DNA of 64,000 nt from an uncultured Chloroflexia bacterium (GTDB lineage Bacteria > Chloroflexota > UBA6077 > JACCZL01). The stretch is taken from NCBI GenBank assembly GCA_963765765.1, contig CAVXYC010000014.1, positions 318,590 through 382,589 of the forward strand. Reading direction: 5' to 3'. Of this stretch, positions 1 to 9,774 are shown in pieces. The position numbers and the translations under genes were made by a program. The notes below the pieces were generated by a model. It searched no databases. It was not told where the DNA came from and worked only from the letters and a program-made list of their open reading frames with translations. Position 1 is the first letter of the stretch, and the number at the start of each line of letters is the position of its first letter.

Positions 1-237
1 CTCGTGATGTCCGGAGCGTCAGGTGTTGCCCCGACGCACTGCCGCGCACGTGCGGCCGAGCCCACTGCGTGATCTCTTCCTCACATCTGCGGCTACCATC
101 CCACTGGATGGCATCGATCCGTACCGGCCGATTGCGATAGCTGCGAATCATGCTGCGCTCCAATCCCGCTCTGCGATGTGCCCGCACGCCTTCGTCTCAG
201 CGGTGAGACGGATGCGCGGTCATCTGTGCTCCATTCA

Positions 238-429
238 TCAACGCTGGGCGTACCGTGGTGAGGGCCCTTTTGCAACGCGAATGTCCTCGATTATTCTCGC
301 ACTGGCTCCGGTCAGTTCGGCACTCGTCGCTCGCAATGCTTGCGCTGTGCCGGACATCCGGCGCGACTCGTGACAGAGCTCGGCGCTTTTCTCCCTGATG
401 TAGTGCATTCGTTCTAAATCGGGCTGCAT
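238..429 (-). CDS. small hypothetical helical protein (63 aa)
   Basis: ATG preceded by GGAG RBS; directly downstream of and co-oriented with the GAF-LuxR gene. Confidence 0.4.
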   Translation of the reverse strand: MQPDLERMHYIREKSAELCHESRRMSGTAQALRATSAELTGASARIIEDIRVAKGPSPRYAQR

Positions 430-495
430 CTAGAACACTCCAGCTTGCTCACCGCGCTCACGGCCAAGTTTCCTCCACTTCATCGGGAAGACGCC

Positions 496-1293
496 TCACT
501 CATCGCTCCACTCGGACCGATAGAGCCCGTGCTCCACGGCCCAGGTGGCCAGGCTCGCGCGGTTGGGCAGCTTGAGCCGGCGGTGAATGCCCTCCAGGTG
601 GTTCGCCACCGTGCCCGGCACCAGCGTGAGCCGCTTGCCAATCTCCTCGTTGGTCAGGCCCGCCGCCACGAGAGCGGCCACCTCCTGCTGGCGACGGGTG
701 AGTCGGGCGACTTGCTGCCCCGCCTCGCGGCGCGCCCGCCGGGCGCTCTCGTGGCTGTACTCCTCCACCAGCTCCGCCCGGTGCACCAACAGGCCGATCC
801 AGGCGCTGACCGCCTGGATGAAGCGCAGATCGCGCTCCGTGAACTTGTCCGTTTGCGGCGTCGCGACAGCCAACACGCCGCGTCGCTCACCAGCCACGTC
901 CAGGCAGACATCGATCTGGCTGCGGATGCCGAGCGCCTCCACCACCCCACGCGGTTGCGTCGGGTCCTGATCGGCATGACCGGTGACGTACGCCTCGCCC
1001 GTCTGGAAGACGCGCGTGAGCGGCCCGGCGTTGGCCAACGGGAACACGTCCAGACCGAGGCCGTGCTGCGTGTGACCCAGGGGCGTGTCACTCGTGCCCA
1101 GTGCGACCAAACTCTCCTTTTCGGCCTCGTAGAGGAACACATCCACCTTCTCGGCATCCACGGCCTCGCCGACCCAGGTCGACGCCTGATCCAGGGTCGG
1201 ACGGATTTCGGGCGCGGTCAAGGCGAGAAGCCGCTCGAGGGTCTCCAGCAACCGATCGTCCAGAGATGAGAGGGAGTCCGAATTGCCGAGCAT
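496..1293 (-). CDS. GAF domain LuxR-family transcriptional regulator
   Basis: GAF-like segment (DVFLYE...RGVLAVATPQTDKFTERDLRF) plus C-terminal LuxR HTH (LTRRQQEVAALVAAGLTNEEIGKRLTLVPGTVANHL). Confidence 0.9.
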   Translation of the reverse strand: MLGNSDSLSSLDDRLLETLERLLALTAPEIRPTLDQASTWVGEAVDAEKVDVFLYEAEKESLVALGTSDTPLGHTQHGLGLDVFPLANAGPLTRVFQTGEAYVTGHADQDPTQPRGVVEALGIRSQIDVCLDVAGERRGVLAVATPQTDKFTERDLRFIQAVSAWIGLLVHRAELVEEYSHESARRARREAGQQVARLTRRQQEVAALVAAGLTNEEIGKRLTLVPGTVANHLEGIHRRLKLPNRASLATWAVEHGLYRSEWSDE

Positions 1294-1439
1294 GGCACTT
1301 ACCTGCCGCGTACTGGGCAGGTCTCGTCAGCAAGGACGAAAGAAGTGTTGCCGAGGCTGGTGTTGCCCCGAGTGCCAAGCCCGACGAGCGGGCCGGCGAA
1401 ACATGCCCGGTGCAGAAGGATACCAGAAGGCCGGACCAG

Positions 1440-1710
1440 TCAGAGCGACCGAACCGCTTCCACCAGTCCCAGGAGCCGATAGCCGGCCTCGGCGAGCTCG
1501 CGGCGGCGAGAATCGGGCATTGGCGTAAGCGGATGCGCGACATCCCAGTCGCGGACGTGCGCCATATCCGCCAGCGTGATCCGAACCAGCAGCTCCGCAT
1601 CCATCATATGAGCCGCATCCACGGCCACCTCCGGGAGTCCCCGAAACGCTCCCCGACTGGAGCAAGCGATGCAGCTGGTCCGAGACTCTGTCCACCTCCA
1701 ACCATTCCAT
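1440..1710 (-). CDS. ~89-aa protein of unknown function (one extra G at ~1652), homologous to the N-terminal domain of the 3180-4499 protein
   Basis: GAGGTGG RBS + ATG at 1710; MEWLEVDRVSDQLHRLLQSG joins AFRGLPEVAV... after removing one G from a GGGG run. Confidence 0.7.
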
Positions 1711-1942
1711 GGCACCACCTCGCGTCGTGTATGAGGAATGCCGCTGTCCTGCAGAGACCATGCCGCGCGGAGCCGCCGCCGCACCGATCAGGCCTTGACC
1801 CACGCGTTGGCTCCGTGTCGCCGAGCCTGTCTAGTCCCATGCTCCCGAGAGATGCGTATGGACTCGAACGAGTCACACCAACACCGATGAACAGGGCAGA
1901 AATCGCCACTCGACGATCCGGCACTCTTCGCCCCAGCCTCCG

Positions 1943-2486
1943 TGTCATCCTGAGAAGCGCCATGCGCCTCGGGCGCACCAACACGCCATGAACACCGACC
2001 GCTTTTTCGGGCAATCAGATTCAGTGCCATCCCGAGGGACGAGGGATCTCCCGGACGTCGGAGAACTTCGCGCTGGACGCGGTCGGATGGCTTCGAGAAC
2101 AGTGGTCCGATGTCCGAGAGATCCCTCGTCCCTCGGGATAACAGGTGGCCGGCAGGGCGAAACGAGCCCGGCGATAGTGTGTTCATGAGAGCCGCGGCGA
2201 AGGATCTCACCATCGGTATCCTGGGCACCGGCGGGCAAGATCCTTCGCTGCGACTCAGGATGACACGGATGCGTGTGATTGAGGGACAAGCCGGCGAAGG
2301 GTGTTCACGAGAGGGCCGAGGTATCTGATGGACATCGGAGCACGCGTGATCCAGGTCGCCCCGCGGTGGCTTCGCTATCGGTGTCGTCGATGTCCGGGAG
2401 ATGCCTCGTGCCTCGGCACGACACGGTCACTCGAATTGAGCATCGATGCCGCTATTCAGGGCGTGTCGATGCGCTCGAGCACATGG
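1943..2486. repeat. BIME-like mosaic of two REP/REPIN families
   Basis: perfect 22-bp IR atcccgagggacgagggatctc (2029-2050 / 2118-2139); gcgaaggatct...agatccttcgctgcgactcaggatgaca unit at ~2180-2265; degenerate first-family unit at ~2300-2425. Confidence 0.85.
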
Positions 2487-2635
2487 CCTTGGTCAGGATG
2501 ACCGCGAGACCAGCGGTGAGTCGGAGCCACCGGTGAATACTCCGGGGGAGTGGATACGAGGAGACCCTGATGGCGCTCCGGACTGAGCGATCTTCGTTGT
2601 CCGTATGTGTGATGCTCGGAGCAGCCGCAGCATCA

Positions 2636-2908
2636 TCAATGGGGTCGCATCCCGCGCTCCATCATGGCCCACGCCGCCCGCTTCTGGAGCTTGGCGCTGG
2701 CCGCCTCGAATCGGTGGGCTTTCTTCGGCGCCGCGCTGAAGGCCTGGACCGCGGCCTGACACACGCGGATCGCGCTCGCCAGTTGGTGGCGACGTTCATA
2801 GATGACCCGCAGTCGCTCGTAGGGGTGGATGGTGGTGAGCCCCGCCGCCACGTCCTGCTCGTACAGCTCGATCGCCGCGTCGACCTTTCCTTCGGCCTCG
2901 AGCTCCAT
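2636..2908 (-). CDS. TPR-like hypothetical protein (true start may be upstream, ~3000)
   Basis: GMELEAEGKVDAAIELYEQ...HPYERLRVIYERRHQLASAIRVCQAA helical-repeat pattern. Confidence 0.55.
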   Translation of the reverse strand: MELEAEGKVDAAIELYEQDVAAGLTTIHPYERLRVIYERRHQLASAIRVCQAAVQAFSAAPKKAHRFEAASAKLQKRAAWAMMERGMRPH

Positions 2909-3179
2909 CCCGCGGGCGCTGCGTCCGCGGCGCAGCTCGGGCAGCTCGGTTGGTCAGACGCCGAGCTCGCTGGCATGTGCCGCTGGGACGGTGCGGTCAT
3001 GGTCCCAGAGTCAAGCACAACTCGCGCCGGAATCGGCGCCCAATGCTTATTGCGCGGGCGCATAGCGTAGCGTGGCCCTTCCAACGGTATGTTCCGATGG
3101 CGTCCCGAGAACAACGGACAATTGCGCCCACTTCGTCGGACGCCAGCGTGATCCGGACTTCCGTGCCGCAACTGAGAAG

Positions 3180-4499
3180 CTACGCCTCCGGCGTCCGCCC
3201 GCTCCCTTCACCATCGGACCCGTCCCCGTCGCTCGATGGCGCATCGCGCACCAGCCGTCGCAGCTCGCGGAGGTCCTGCATGGCGGCGTCCAGCGCCGCG
3301 CGCATCTCCGCACCGGTCGCCGAGTCCGAGGGAAGCGCATCCATGACTCCGTGCGATCGCTCCAGATTGTCGGTCACCCGGTCGGCGAGCTGCCGGGCCG
3401 CGAAGATCATGCCATCCAGCCGCGCCTGCACCTCGCGGTCGGCCGCCCGCGCGGCATCCGCCTGCACCCGCTCGGTGATGTCCTGCGACGTCCCGATCAA
3501 GCGCTCCACACGGCCGGTGGCATCGCGCACCACGGCGCCGCGGCCGTAAATCACGCGCTCATTGCCGTCGGGATGGACGATGCGAAATTCAGCAGCGTAC
3601 GGCTCCCCCGTCTCGAGACTCCGCTGCCACAGCTCCATGACGCGTTCCCGATCATCGGGGTGGATCCGTGCCAGTTGCGTCGGACGACTCGGCACCCCCG
3701 CCTCCGGATCGAAACCGATGATGCGATACTGCTCGGCGGACCAGCTCAGCTGGTTGGTGACCACGTCCCACTCCCAGCTCCCGAGGTGGGCGATGCGCTG
3801 CGCCTCGTTGAGCTGGGCCTCGCTCCGGGCCAGCGCCTGCTCGGTGCGCATGAGGGCCGTGATGTCCGTCGCCGCGCCGGTCACGCCGATGATCGCGCCG
3901 CGTGCGTCGTACAGCGGTTCGACCGTCAGGTCATAGTACGTGGGCGTGCCATGCAGGGTCGCGAGCATCGTTTCCCGGGTCCCCACGCCCGTATCCATGA
4001 CGCGCCGCTTGATGCCCTGGAGCCGCTCCAGCTCGTCCGGCCGGTAGAACGCCGCGTCCGTCGTGCCGATGACGCTCTCGGGCTCGAAATCCGGGTGCGG
4101 GTTGTAGACCCAGGTGTAGCGCAGCTCGGTGTCCTGACTGTAGACGACGATCGGCGATCGCTGGAGCGCCAGCTCGAACCGCTGGATGATGGAGCGGGAA
4201 GCCGCCTCGACCGGCCGGGACTCGAGTTCACCGCCGTGCGCGCCGCGAAAGTGCTCCACTTCACGCAGGAAGGCGCGGAGCTGCGCGGTGAGGTGGTTCC
4301 ACTGGTGCGGGCTGACGTGATCCCAGTACTCGCGTTCCGTCCAATGCTCGACATCGGCGAGCAGGATCCGGGCGACCACTTCCGCGTCGGGGAGAAACTT
4401 CCCCCCTTCAACCGCGATCGGGCCCAGCCCGGCGAATTCGCCATGCTCAAGCCGTGCGTGAATCTCGTCCGTAAGCGCGATAACTTCCCCTGGCGGCAT
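3180..4499 (-). CDS. PAS-PAS sensor protein with unknown N-terminal domain and degenerate HisKA-like tail, no HATPase
   Basis: PAS (SPIVVYSQDTELRYTWVYN), PAS_3 (HLGSWEWD...IHPDDRERV...EFRIVHPDG...DITER); C-terminal ARLDGMIFAARQLADRVTDNL. Confidence 0.85.
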   Translation of the reverse strand: MPPGEVIALTDEIHARLEHGEFAGLGPIAVEGGKFLPDAEVVARILLADVEHWTEREYWDHVSPHQWNHLTAQLRAFLREVEHFRGAHGGELESRPVEAASRSIIQRFELALQRSPIVVYSQDTELRYTWVYNPHPDFEPESVIGTTDAAFYRPDELERLQGIKRRVMDTGVGTRETMLATLHGTPTYYDLTVEPLYDARGAIIGVTGAATDITALMRTEQALARSEAQLNEAQRIAHLGSWEWDVVTNQLSWSAEQYRIIGFDPEAGVPSRPTQLARIHPDDRERVMELWQRSLETGEPYAAEFRIVHPDGNERVIYGRGAVVRDATGRVERLIGTSQDITERVQADAARAADREVQARLDGMIFAARQLADRVTDNLERSHGVMDALPSDSATGAEMRAALDAAMQDLRELRRLVRDAPSSDGDGSDGEGSGRTPEA

Positions 4500-4668
4500 C
4501 GACAGCTCTCCTTCCGGTGCTCAGCCCAGCATGATCCAAAGCACTGCATAGCGAGATGCAATTTTATACATATCTCACGCGACACGTCCGGATACAGTGG
4601 GCGCCAATGCCATCTCAATGCTCCCCACTAAGATTCCCCGCGACTATCTCCTCGAAGGCGCTTGTATT

Positions 4669-5476
4669 GTGAAGGATCCCGTCGAACCGACCGCCGAGGC
4701 GTCACGCCCGGCGAGCGACCTGTATGCGGCGCTCCGCGCCCTGGTGCCTCTTGATTCCACCGCGCCTCGCCAGACGGTGTGCGATGCGGCATCGGCGATC
4801 ATCGTCGAGGCCGTGGCGCGCTGATGCGCTGGATATCTTCCTGTATGACGCTTCGTCCGCGAGCCTCATCACCGTCACTACGCCGCATTCCCGCATGAGT
4901 CGCCGGGAACGCGGGTTGGGTCTCGACCGCCTGCCGCTCCGGGCTGGAGGCCTGGCCGTCAGGGTATTCCGGAATGGCGGCAGCGGCCGCACCGGGCACC
5001 GAGATGCGGCGCCCGATGAGCGCCTGGACATAGCCACAGCCCTGGAGAGCCGGAGCGGCGTGCTCTGTCGGATGCAGGTGGGGGACCAGGTCTTCGGGGT
5101 CCTCGATGCTTCCTCGAGATCCCCGAATCAGTTCACGGCCGCGCACCTGGAGTTTCTGGAGGCCGCCGGGTGCGTGATGGGGACGTTCGTGAATTCGGCG
5201 GATGGTCCGGAGCCGCTCACCCAAGATGCCCGTCGTCGTGATCGGCGCAGCGCCGCGGGCTCCGGATCGCAGCTCAATGCTCGCGAGCGAGAGATCACCG
5301 CGCTGGTGACCAAAGGGCTGACGAATAAGCAAATCGCCGAGCGGCTCGGTCTCGGCCCCGGGACGGTGGCCAACCCCATGATCGACATCATGGGGAAGCT
5401 GGGCGTTGAAAGCCGACTCCTCATCGCGGTCTCCGCCGCCGAACATGGCGCAGACTCCCCGACAGAGAGCTGGTAG
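4669..5476 (+). CDS. GAF domain LuxR-family regulator (frameshift near 4815), paralog of 496-1293
   Basis: LDIFLYD...LGLDRLPL...GVLDASSRSPNQFTAAHLEFL and HTH LNAREREITALVTKGLTNKQIAERLGLGPGTV. Confidence 0.8.
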
Positions 5477-5699
5477 CACCCAGTCAGGATCTACCCAGGG
5501 GCCGTCCCGGGGGAAGGCGCATCGGTACATCCGCAAGAGCCATGCATCTGACTCCCGGGCTCCGCCAAACGGCGGGACGGTGCTGGGGAGTATCAACGAA
5601 AGACCTAGAATTGGCCCCGGACCTTATACAAACATTGTGTACAGGTGCGTCCGATACGGCCCGCCGAGTTGAGACTACAGGGAGCTCGATGCGCACCTC

Positions 5700-6515
5700 G
5701 TGCGAACCTGCTTCATTCGAATCTGTGCAGTGATGAATACTAAAGGTCGGGATCATGCCCGCCGCGGGCTGCTGAGCGGCTTCACGACAACGCCCAATAC
5801 CCTACGCGAGAGGGTTATTAACTCGGGGGCCGTCTGGGCTGTACTCATGGCCATCTGGGCGGTGTGCGACTTCCTGATCGCTCGTTACCCGTCCGGCGGC
5901 CGCGAAATGCCACCCGAAGGTGGTACGGCGCTCGTGATCTTCGCGGTGATGGGCTTGATCGCCATTGCCTGCGCCCAGCGGACCGGCTTCCCCGCCGCGT
6001 GGGACGCGCGCATTCCCGCGACCAGTCGGTTGCTACTACCGCTCTCCGTAGGGATCGTTTTCGGTGTGGTGGCCGCCCTGATCGAGGTAGTCACTCGCTC
6101 GCTGCACATTCTCGAGTCAGTCTTCGGGCCGGCCAACGTGGCCTTCCCGGGATCGGTACCCGTCTCTATCGCCGGGGCGATCAAGTACGAGCTTATCTTC
6201 CTGATCTTCCCGGTCTCGGTGTTGCTGTGGCTGATCTCCGGGCTAGCGCTCCGCGGGCGCGGAGAGACGCGGACATTCTGGACGCTGGCGGCGCTGTCCG
6301 CGGCCATCGAGCCCTGCATCCAGGGTATTCCCCTGATGATTCTCAGCAACGGTGCCATTGGGCCCGCCGCCTTCGGCTCGTACGCGATTCACAGCTACGC
6401 CTTTAACTTCACAGCCGGAGTGACCTATCGCCGCTACGGCTTGCTCGCACCCGTGCTCGTGCGCTTGGGCAACTACCTTATATGGCATGTCGTCTACGGG
6501 AACTTCTTCTTCTGA
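5700..6515 (+). CDS. integral membrane protein, possibly a divergent CPBP/Abi family member
   Basis: multiple hydrophobic helices; degenerate YELIFLIF and RLGNYLIWH motifs; start uncertain. Confidence 0.6.
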   Translation: MRTCFIRICAVMNTKGRDHARRGLLSGFTTTPNTLRERVINSGAVWAVLMAIWAVCDFLIARYPSGGREMPPEGGTALVIFAVMGLIAIACAQRTGFPAAWDARIPATSRLLLPLSVGIVFGVVAALIEVVTRSLHILESVFGPANVAFPGSVPVSIAGAIKYELIFLIFPVSVLLWLISGLALRGRGETRTFWTLAALSAAIEPCIQGIPLMILSNGAIGPAAFGSYAIHSYAFNFTAGVTYRRYGLLAPVLVRLGNYLIWHVVYGNFFF

Positions 6516-7089
6516 GCACCAAGGCGGGTTTGCCGTCTCGTAGATGCCGTTATCGAGGCTCTACGATCTTCATCAGGTGCTCGCCTAATTACTGGCTCCA
6601 CGGCGTCGGAGCGCGGTCAATAGAGACGAATGCTTGCCATTCACAAACTACGACGACACGTCCCATTTCTCGAGTTTGACATCCCCATTCTCGGAAGGGG
6701 CTCTTGCGAGCCGCGATGCCGAACGGCACCAGACTAAACATGCCAACCGGTATTCGGCCCATGAGAACCGCTGAGTGAGACTGCCATACGACAAACGCTC
6801 TCTTCCTGGATGTGAAGGCAACGATGGCTCTGGAGAATCCCGTTCTGAATTCAACGTCATTCCAGCGAGCCTCCGAGAATGTCCGTCAGCCCTCTGGCAC
6901 GGCGATGACGACCCGGGCGACCTACTTGATCACCGCCGGCCTGTTGGTGCTACTTTTCGGGGCCGCCGCGTTGGGTCTGCTTGCATTGCTCCGCACTGAA
7001 AATCGATAGCGTGAGGTATTCCCAATGTGGACCAAGAGAGCGCGTCCGCGAGACGAGCGAGCTTAGATCGTCAGCTCAATGCTGGCACT

Positions 7090-7400
7090 TATCATCGCGC
7101 TTTTGGGCTTCGCTCGCGGCCCTTCGTCGCAGCTTCGACGATCCTGAGCTTCGCGCGATCGCCGTGGTTGGCATCGGGATTCTCGCTCTCGGCACTGGCT
7201 TCTACGCGCGCGTTGAAGGCTGGAGTCTGTTCGACTCCCTTTACTACAGCGTAATAACCCTCGCGACGGTGGAATATGTGCTTTCACGCCGAAAACCGTG
7301 CTAGGAAAGTCGTTCACTATGCTCTATGTAGTGAGGGGCCTCAGCGTGCTCGCCGCCTTTGCGCACAACATTGCACGCGGCGCATTTCGGGGACGCGGCG
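7090..7400 (+). pseudogene. KcsA-like two-TM potassium channel (Ion_trans_2), disrupted
   Basis: GTGFYARVEGWSLFDSLYYSVITLATVEY, then a frameshift to LGKSFTMLYVV; TVGYG filter altered. Confidence 0.7.
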
Positions 7401-7626
7401 CATTTCGGGGCGTCTTCTCCGTCGTGGACGGTCATCTATTACTCGAAATGGCCACGCTCGTTCGAATGCACGTGTTCGGCGGAGCCGGCGTCACGCCAGA
7501 CAGCCTAGAGCTTGAGTACGCTGGTGCGGCTCAGCGGATGACTCAGGTACGCATGCGCCGATTTGGTCAACGTTCCAGGGAGCGCCAGGCGTAGAGCTCA
7601 TGCTGGATGCTCCGAGCGCTCTGTAA

Positions 7627-7869
7627 TTAAATGGGCGGCCAGAAGTAGGGCGGCAGATAGTTCATTGTGCGCATGGCCACAAGGATCATGCCGCCCCCGA
7701 GAACCAGGAACATCACCGCGAAGATAGCGACTACTACCCAGGTCGATACATGCTCATCCGATCGTGCGTGGTCCAGAGAAGACGCCGGCTCCACGCTGAC
7801 TGAACCCGGCCTGGGAATCGGCTTCGCTGGGCTTATGGTTCTTGCCGGCGCTTCCTGTGTGAGTGTCAT
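7627..7869 (-). CDS. small single-pass membrane protein
   Basis: GAGG upstream of ATG; one strong TM helix WVVVAIFAVMFLVLGGGMILVAM. Confidence 0.55.
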   Translation of the reverse strand: MTLTQEAPARTISPAKPIPRPGSVSVEPASSLDHARSDEHVSTWVVVAIFAVMFLVLGGGMILVAMRTMNYLPPYFWPPI

Positions 7870-7916
7870 GTTCGGAGGCCTCTTTCTGCCCTGTGGGTTC
7901 GACTTATCTCTGTAAC

Positions 7917-8144
7917 TCAGCCAACTTGACTCGAACTAGCAGCGCGCGTCGTATCAGCGCTGACGGAACAGGGTTGATCGTCGGGATAGACCCTGCTGAT
8001 ACGGAGCCAGCGTAGAAACGCCAATCGCTGCGCGGTGGCCTGCTCGAAGCCGTACTGGCGCACCGCGACCTCAACCCAGTACCGCGGATTTGATTCAGTG
8101 CTCTGGGAACGGTCTGCCGATGGCCAGTTACTGCGTATGTTCAT
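7917..8144 (-). CDS. small hypothetical protein
   Basis: GGAG RBS; YGFEQATAQRLAFLRWL resembles recurrent small Chloroflexota proteins (recollection, not searched). Confidence 0.5.
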   Translation of the reverse strand: MNIRSNWPSADRSQSTESNPRYWVEVAVRQYGFEQATAQRLAFLRWLRISRVYPDDQPCSVSADTTRAASSSQVG

Positions 8145-8397
8145 GATCCAACATCTCCACTCTCGGGTTGCTTCCTCCCCTACTCGAGGGAAGCGTGACC
8201 CATCCGCTGATCGTCGGCTGACTGAGTCCCTACTCCTGGATTGCCCGACAAAAAGGCTGGTAGCGCCATGGACATTTCTGGTCCCGAAAGTTCATGGAAG
8301 ACCATCGGACAGTTATTAACTTGGAAACGCAGGGCGGATGCACCATCTCGATGACTCCAAACCCCGACCGCCCGTCTGACGCATTTCTTGGACGCCA

Positions 8398-9615
8398 TCA
8401 TGGAGTCCACCCAGGAGTCACACTGGCCATGTCCCCCAGTGGGAGATGCACGGTGACCTTTGTTCCGCGATCTTCGGTGCTCTGGACGCTGACCGTTCCG
8501 CCGTGCAGGTCGACCATCCGCCGTACGGCCATGAGCCCCACCCCGGTCCCGGAGGCGTGTCCGATCGCATTCCGACCGCGATAGTAGCCGTCCAGGATGC
8601 GCGGGAGATCGGCGTGCGGAATCCCGATCCCGCGATCGCGCACGCGCAGCACGGCCAGCGGGCCCTGCGCAGTCCGGCGCCAGCCCACGGTCACTCGGAT
8701 CGTAGTGCCGCTCGGGCTGTACTTCACCGCGTTTGACAACAGGTTGACCACCACGCGCTCCATCCGGATCGGGTCCCAGGCTCCCACGAGCGCCCCGGCC
8801 GTCGCTCCGACCCGAATGCGGTGCGTGGGAGCGAGCGGCTGATAGTCGGTAGCCACGCGCCGCACGAGCGCGATGAGGTCCACCAGGCGCGGACTCGGTG
8901 CGTCGACGTTGTCACGCTCAGACTCGGCCCCCTCAGCAAGGTCATCCAGCAACGTCGCCATGGCGGATGCGCTGTGCTCTATCTGCGTAAGGCCCAGACT
9001 CACTTTTTCCCGACCGACAGCAGGATCACGACCCGCCGTGGAATCGCGTAGGATGTCTCGCTTGAGCATCTGGGCGCGCAAGCGAATCGCGCCCACCGCG
9101 TTGCGCAGGTCATGCTGGGTCGCCGCGGCAAACTCGGACGAGGCATCCGGCTCGAGCTCACCGTCATCATCCCGGGAGCTCTCCGAGGGCGCCATCGGAG
9201 ACGGCGCGATGCTGCGGGCGATGGCCATGGCGCCGCGGACGCGCTCGTCAGTGTCGAACAGGGGCATCTCCGTCCACCGCAGGTGTGTCGGCGGCGTGCC
9301 CACAATCGCCCGGCCGACATCGATGGTGACCGATTCGCCCCGCAGTGCGCGATCGAAGGGGTGGAGTACCTGAGCACCATTCGAGGAATCGGAAAGGAAT
9401 CCCAGTCCCAGCTCGAAGGCGGTGCGTCCAGTCAGCTCATCCTGATGGCTTCCTAGTGCGTCATGCATGGCGGGATTGGCGTACAGGATGCGCCCATCTC
9501 GGTTCACCATCATGACACCATCGCGCAACTGCCCAAGGATCGTGAGCGTCGGTGCTCCCGCCAATAGCTCATGGACCTCTGTCAGAGGTGGGGTCCAGGC
9601 CATCGTTGCTGTCAT
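8398..9615 (-). CDS. PAS domain sensor histidine kinase
   Basis: PAS (DGVMMVNRDGRILYANPA), H-box QHDLRN, N-box NLLSNAVKYSP, G boxes DRGIGI and GTGVGL. Confidence 0.92.
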   Translation of the reverse strand: MTATMAWTPPLTEVHELLAGAPTLTILGQLRDGVMMVNRDGRILYANPAMHDALGSHQDELTGRTAFELGLGFLSDSSNGAQVLHPFDRALRGESVTIDVGRAIVGTPPTHLRWTEMPLFDTDERVRGAMAIARSIAPSPMAPSESSRDDDGELEPDASSEFAAATQHDLRNAVGAIRLRAQMLKRDILRDSTAGRDPAVGREKVSLGLTQIEHSASAMATLLDDLAEGAESERDNVDAPSPRLVDLIALVRRVATDYQPLAPTHRIRVGATAGALVGAWDPIRMERVVVNLLSNAVKYSPSGTTIRVTVGWRRTAQGPLAVLRVRDRGIGIPHADLPRILDGYYRGRNAIGHASGTGVGLMAVRRMVDLHGGTVSVQSTEDRGTKVTVHLPLGDMASVTPGWTP

Positions 9616-9774
9616 TTCTAAATTCCTTCCTCTGAGCAGTGGTCGCTTACTCACGCAACGGCCCACTCCGCTTCACCGGACTCTTGTAATCAGACCGTTG
9701 TTAAACACGAGGTCTTTCGAAATCACTGAGCCTGATTCGGCCTTCATACTGCCGTCGCAAAAATCCACTGGACC

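Noticed and set aside
1943-2486. Possible CRISPR array
   Set aside because: Units are inverted pairs of two alternating families with irregular spacing, not direct repeats with unique spacers; no cas genes
3072-4631. Long + strand ORF (519 aa) and similar antisense ORFs such as 445-1269, 49982-50962 and 53466-54413
   Set aside because: Shadow ORFs opposite well-supported genes, expected in high-GC DNA
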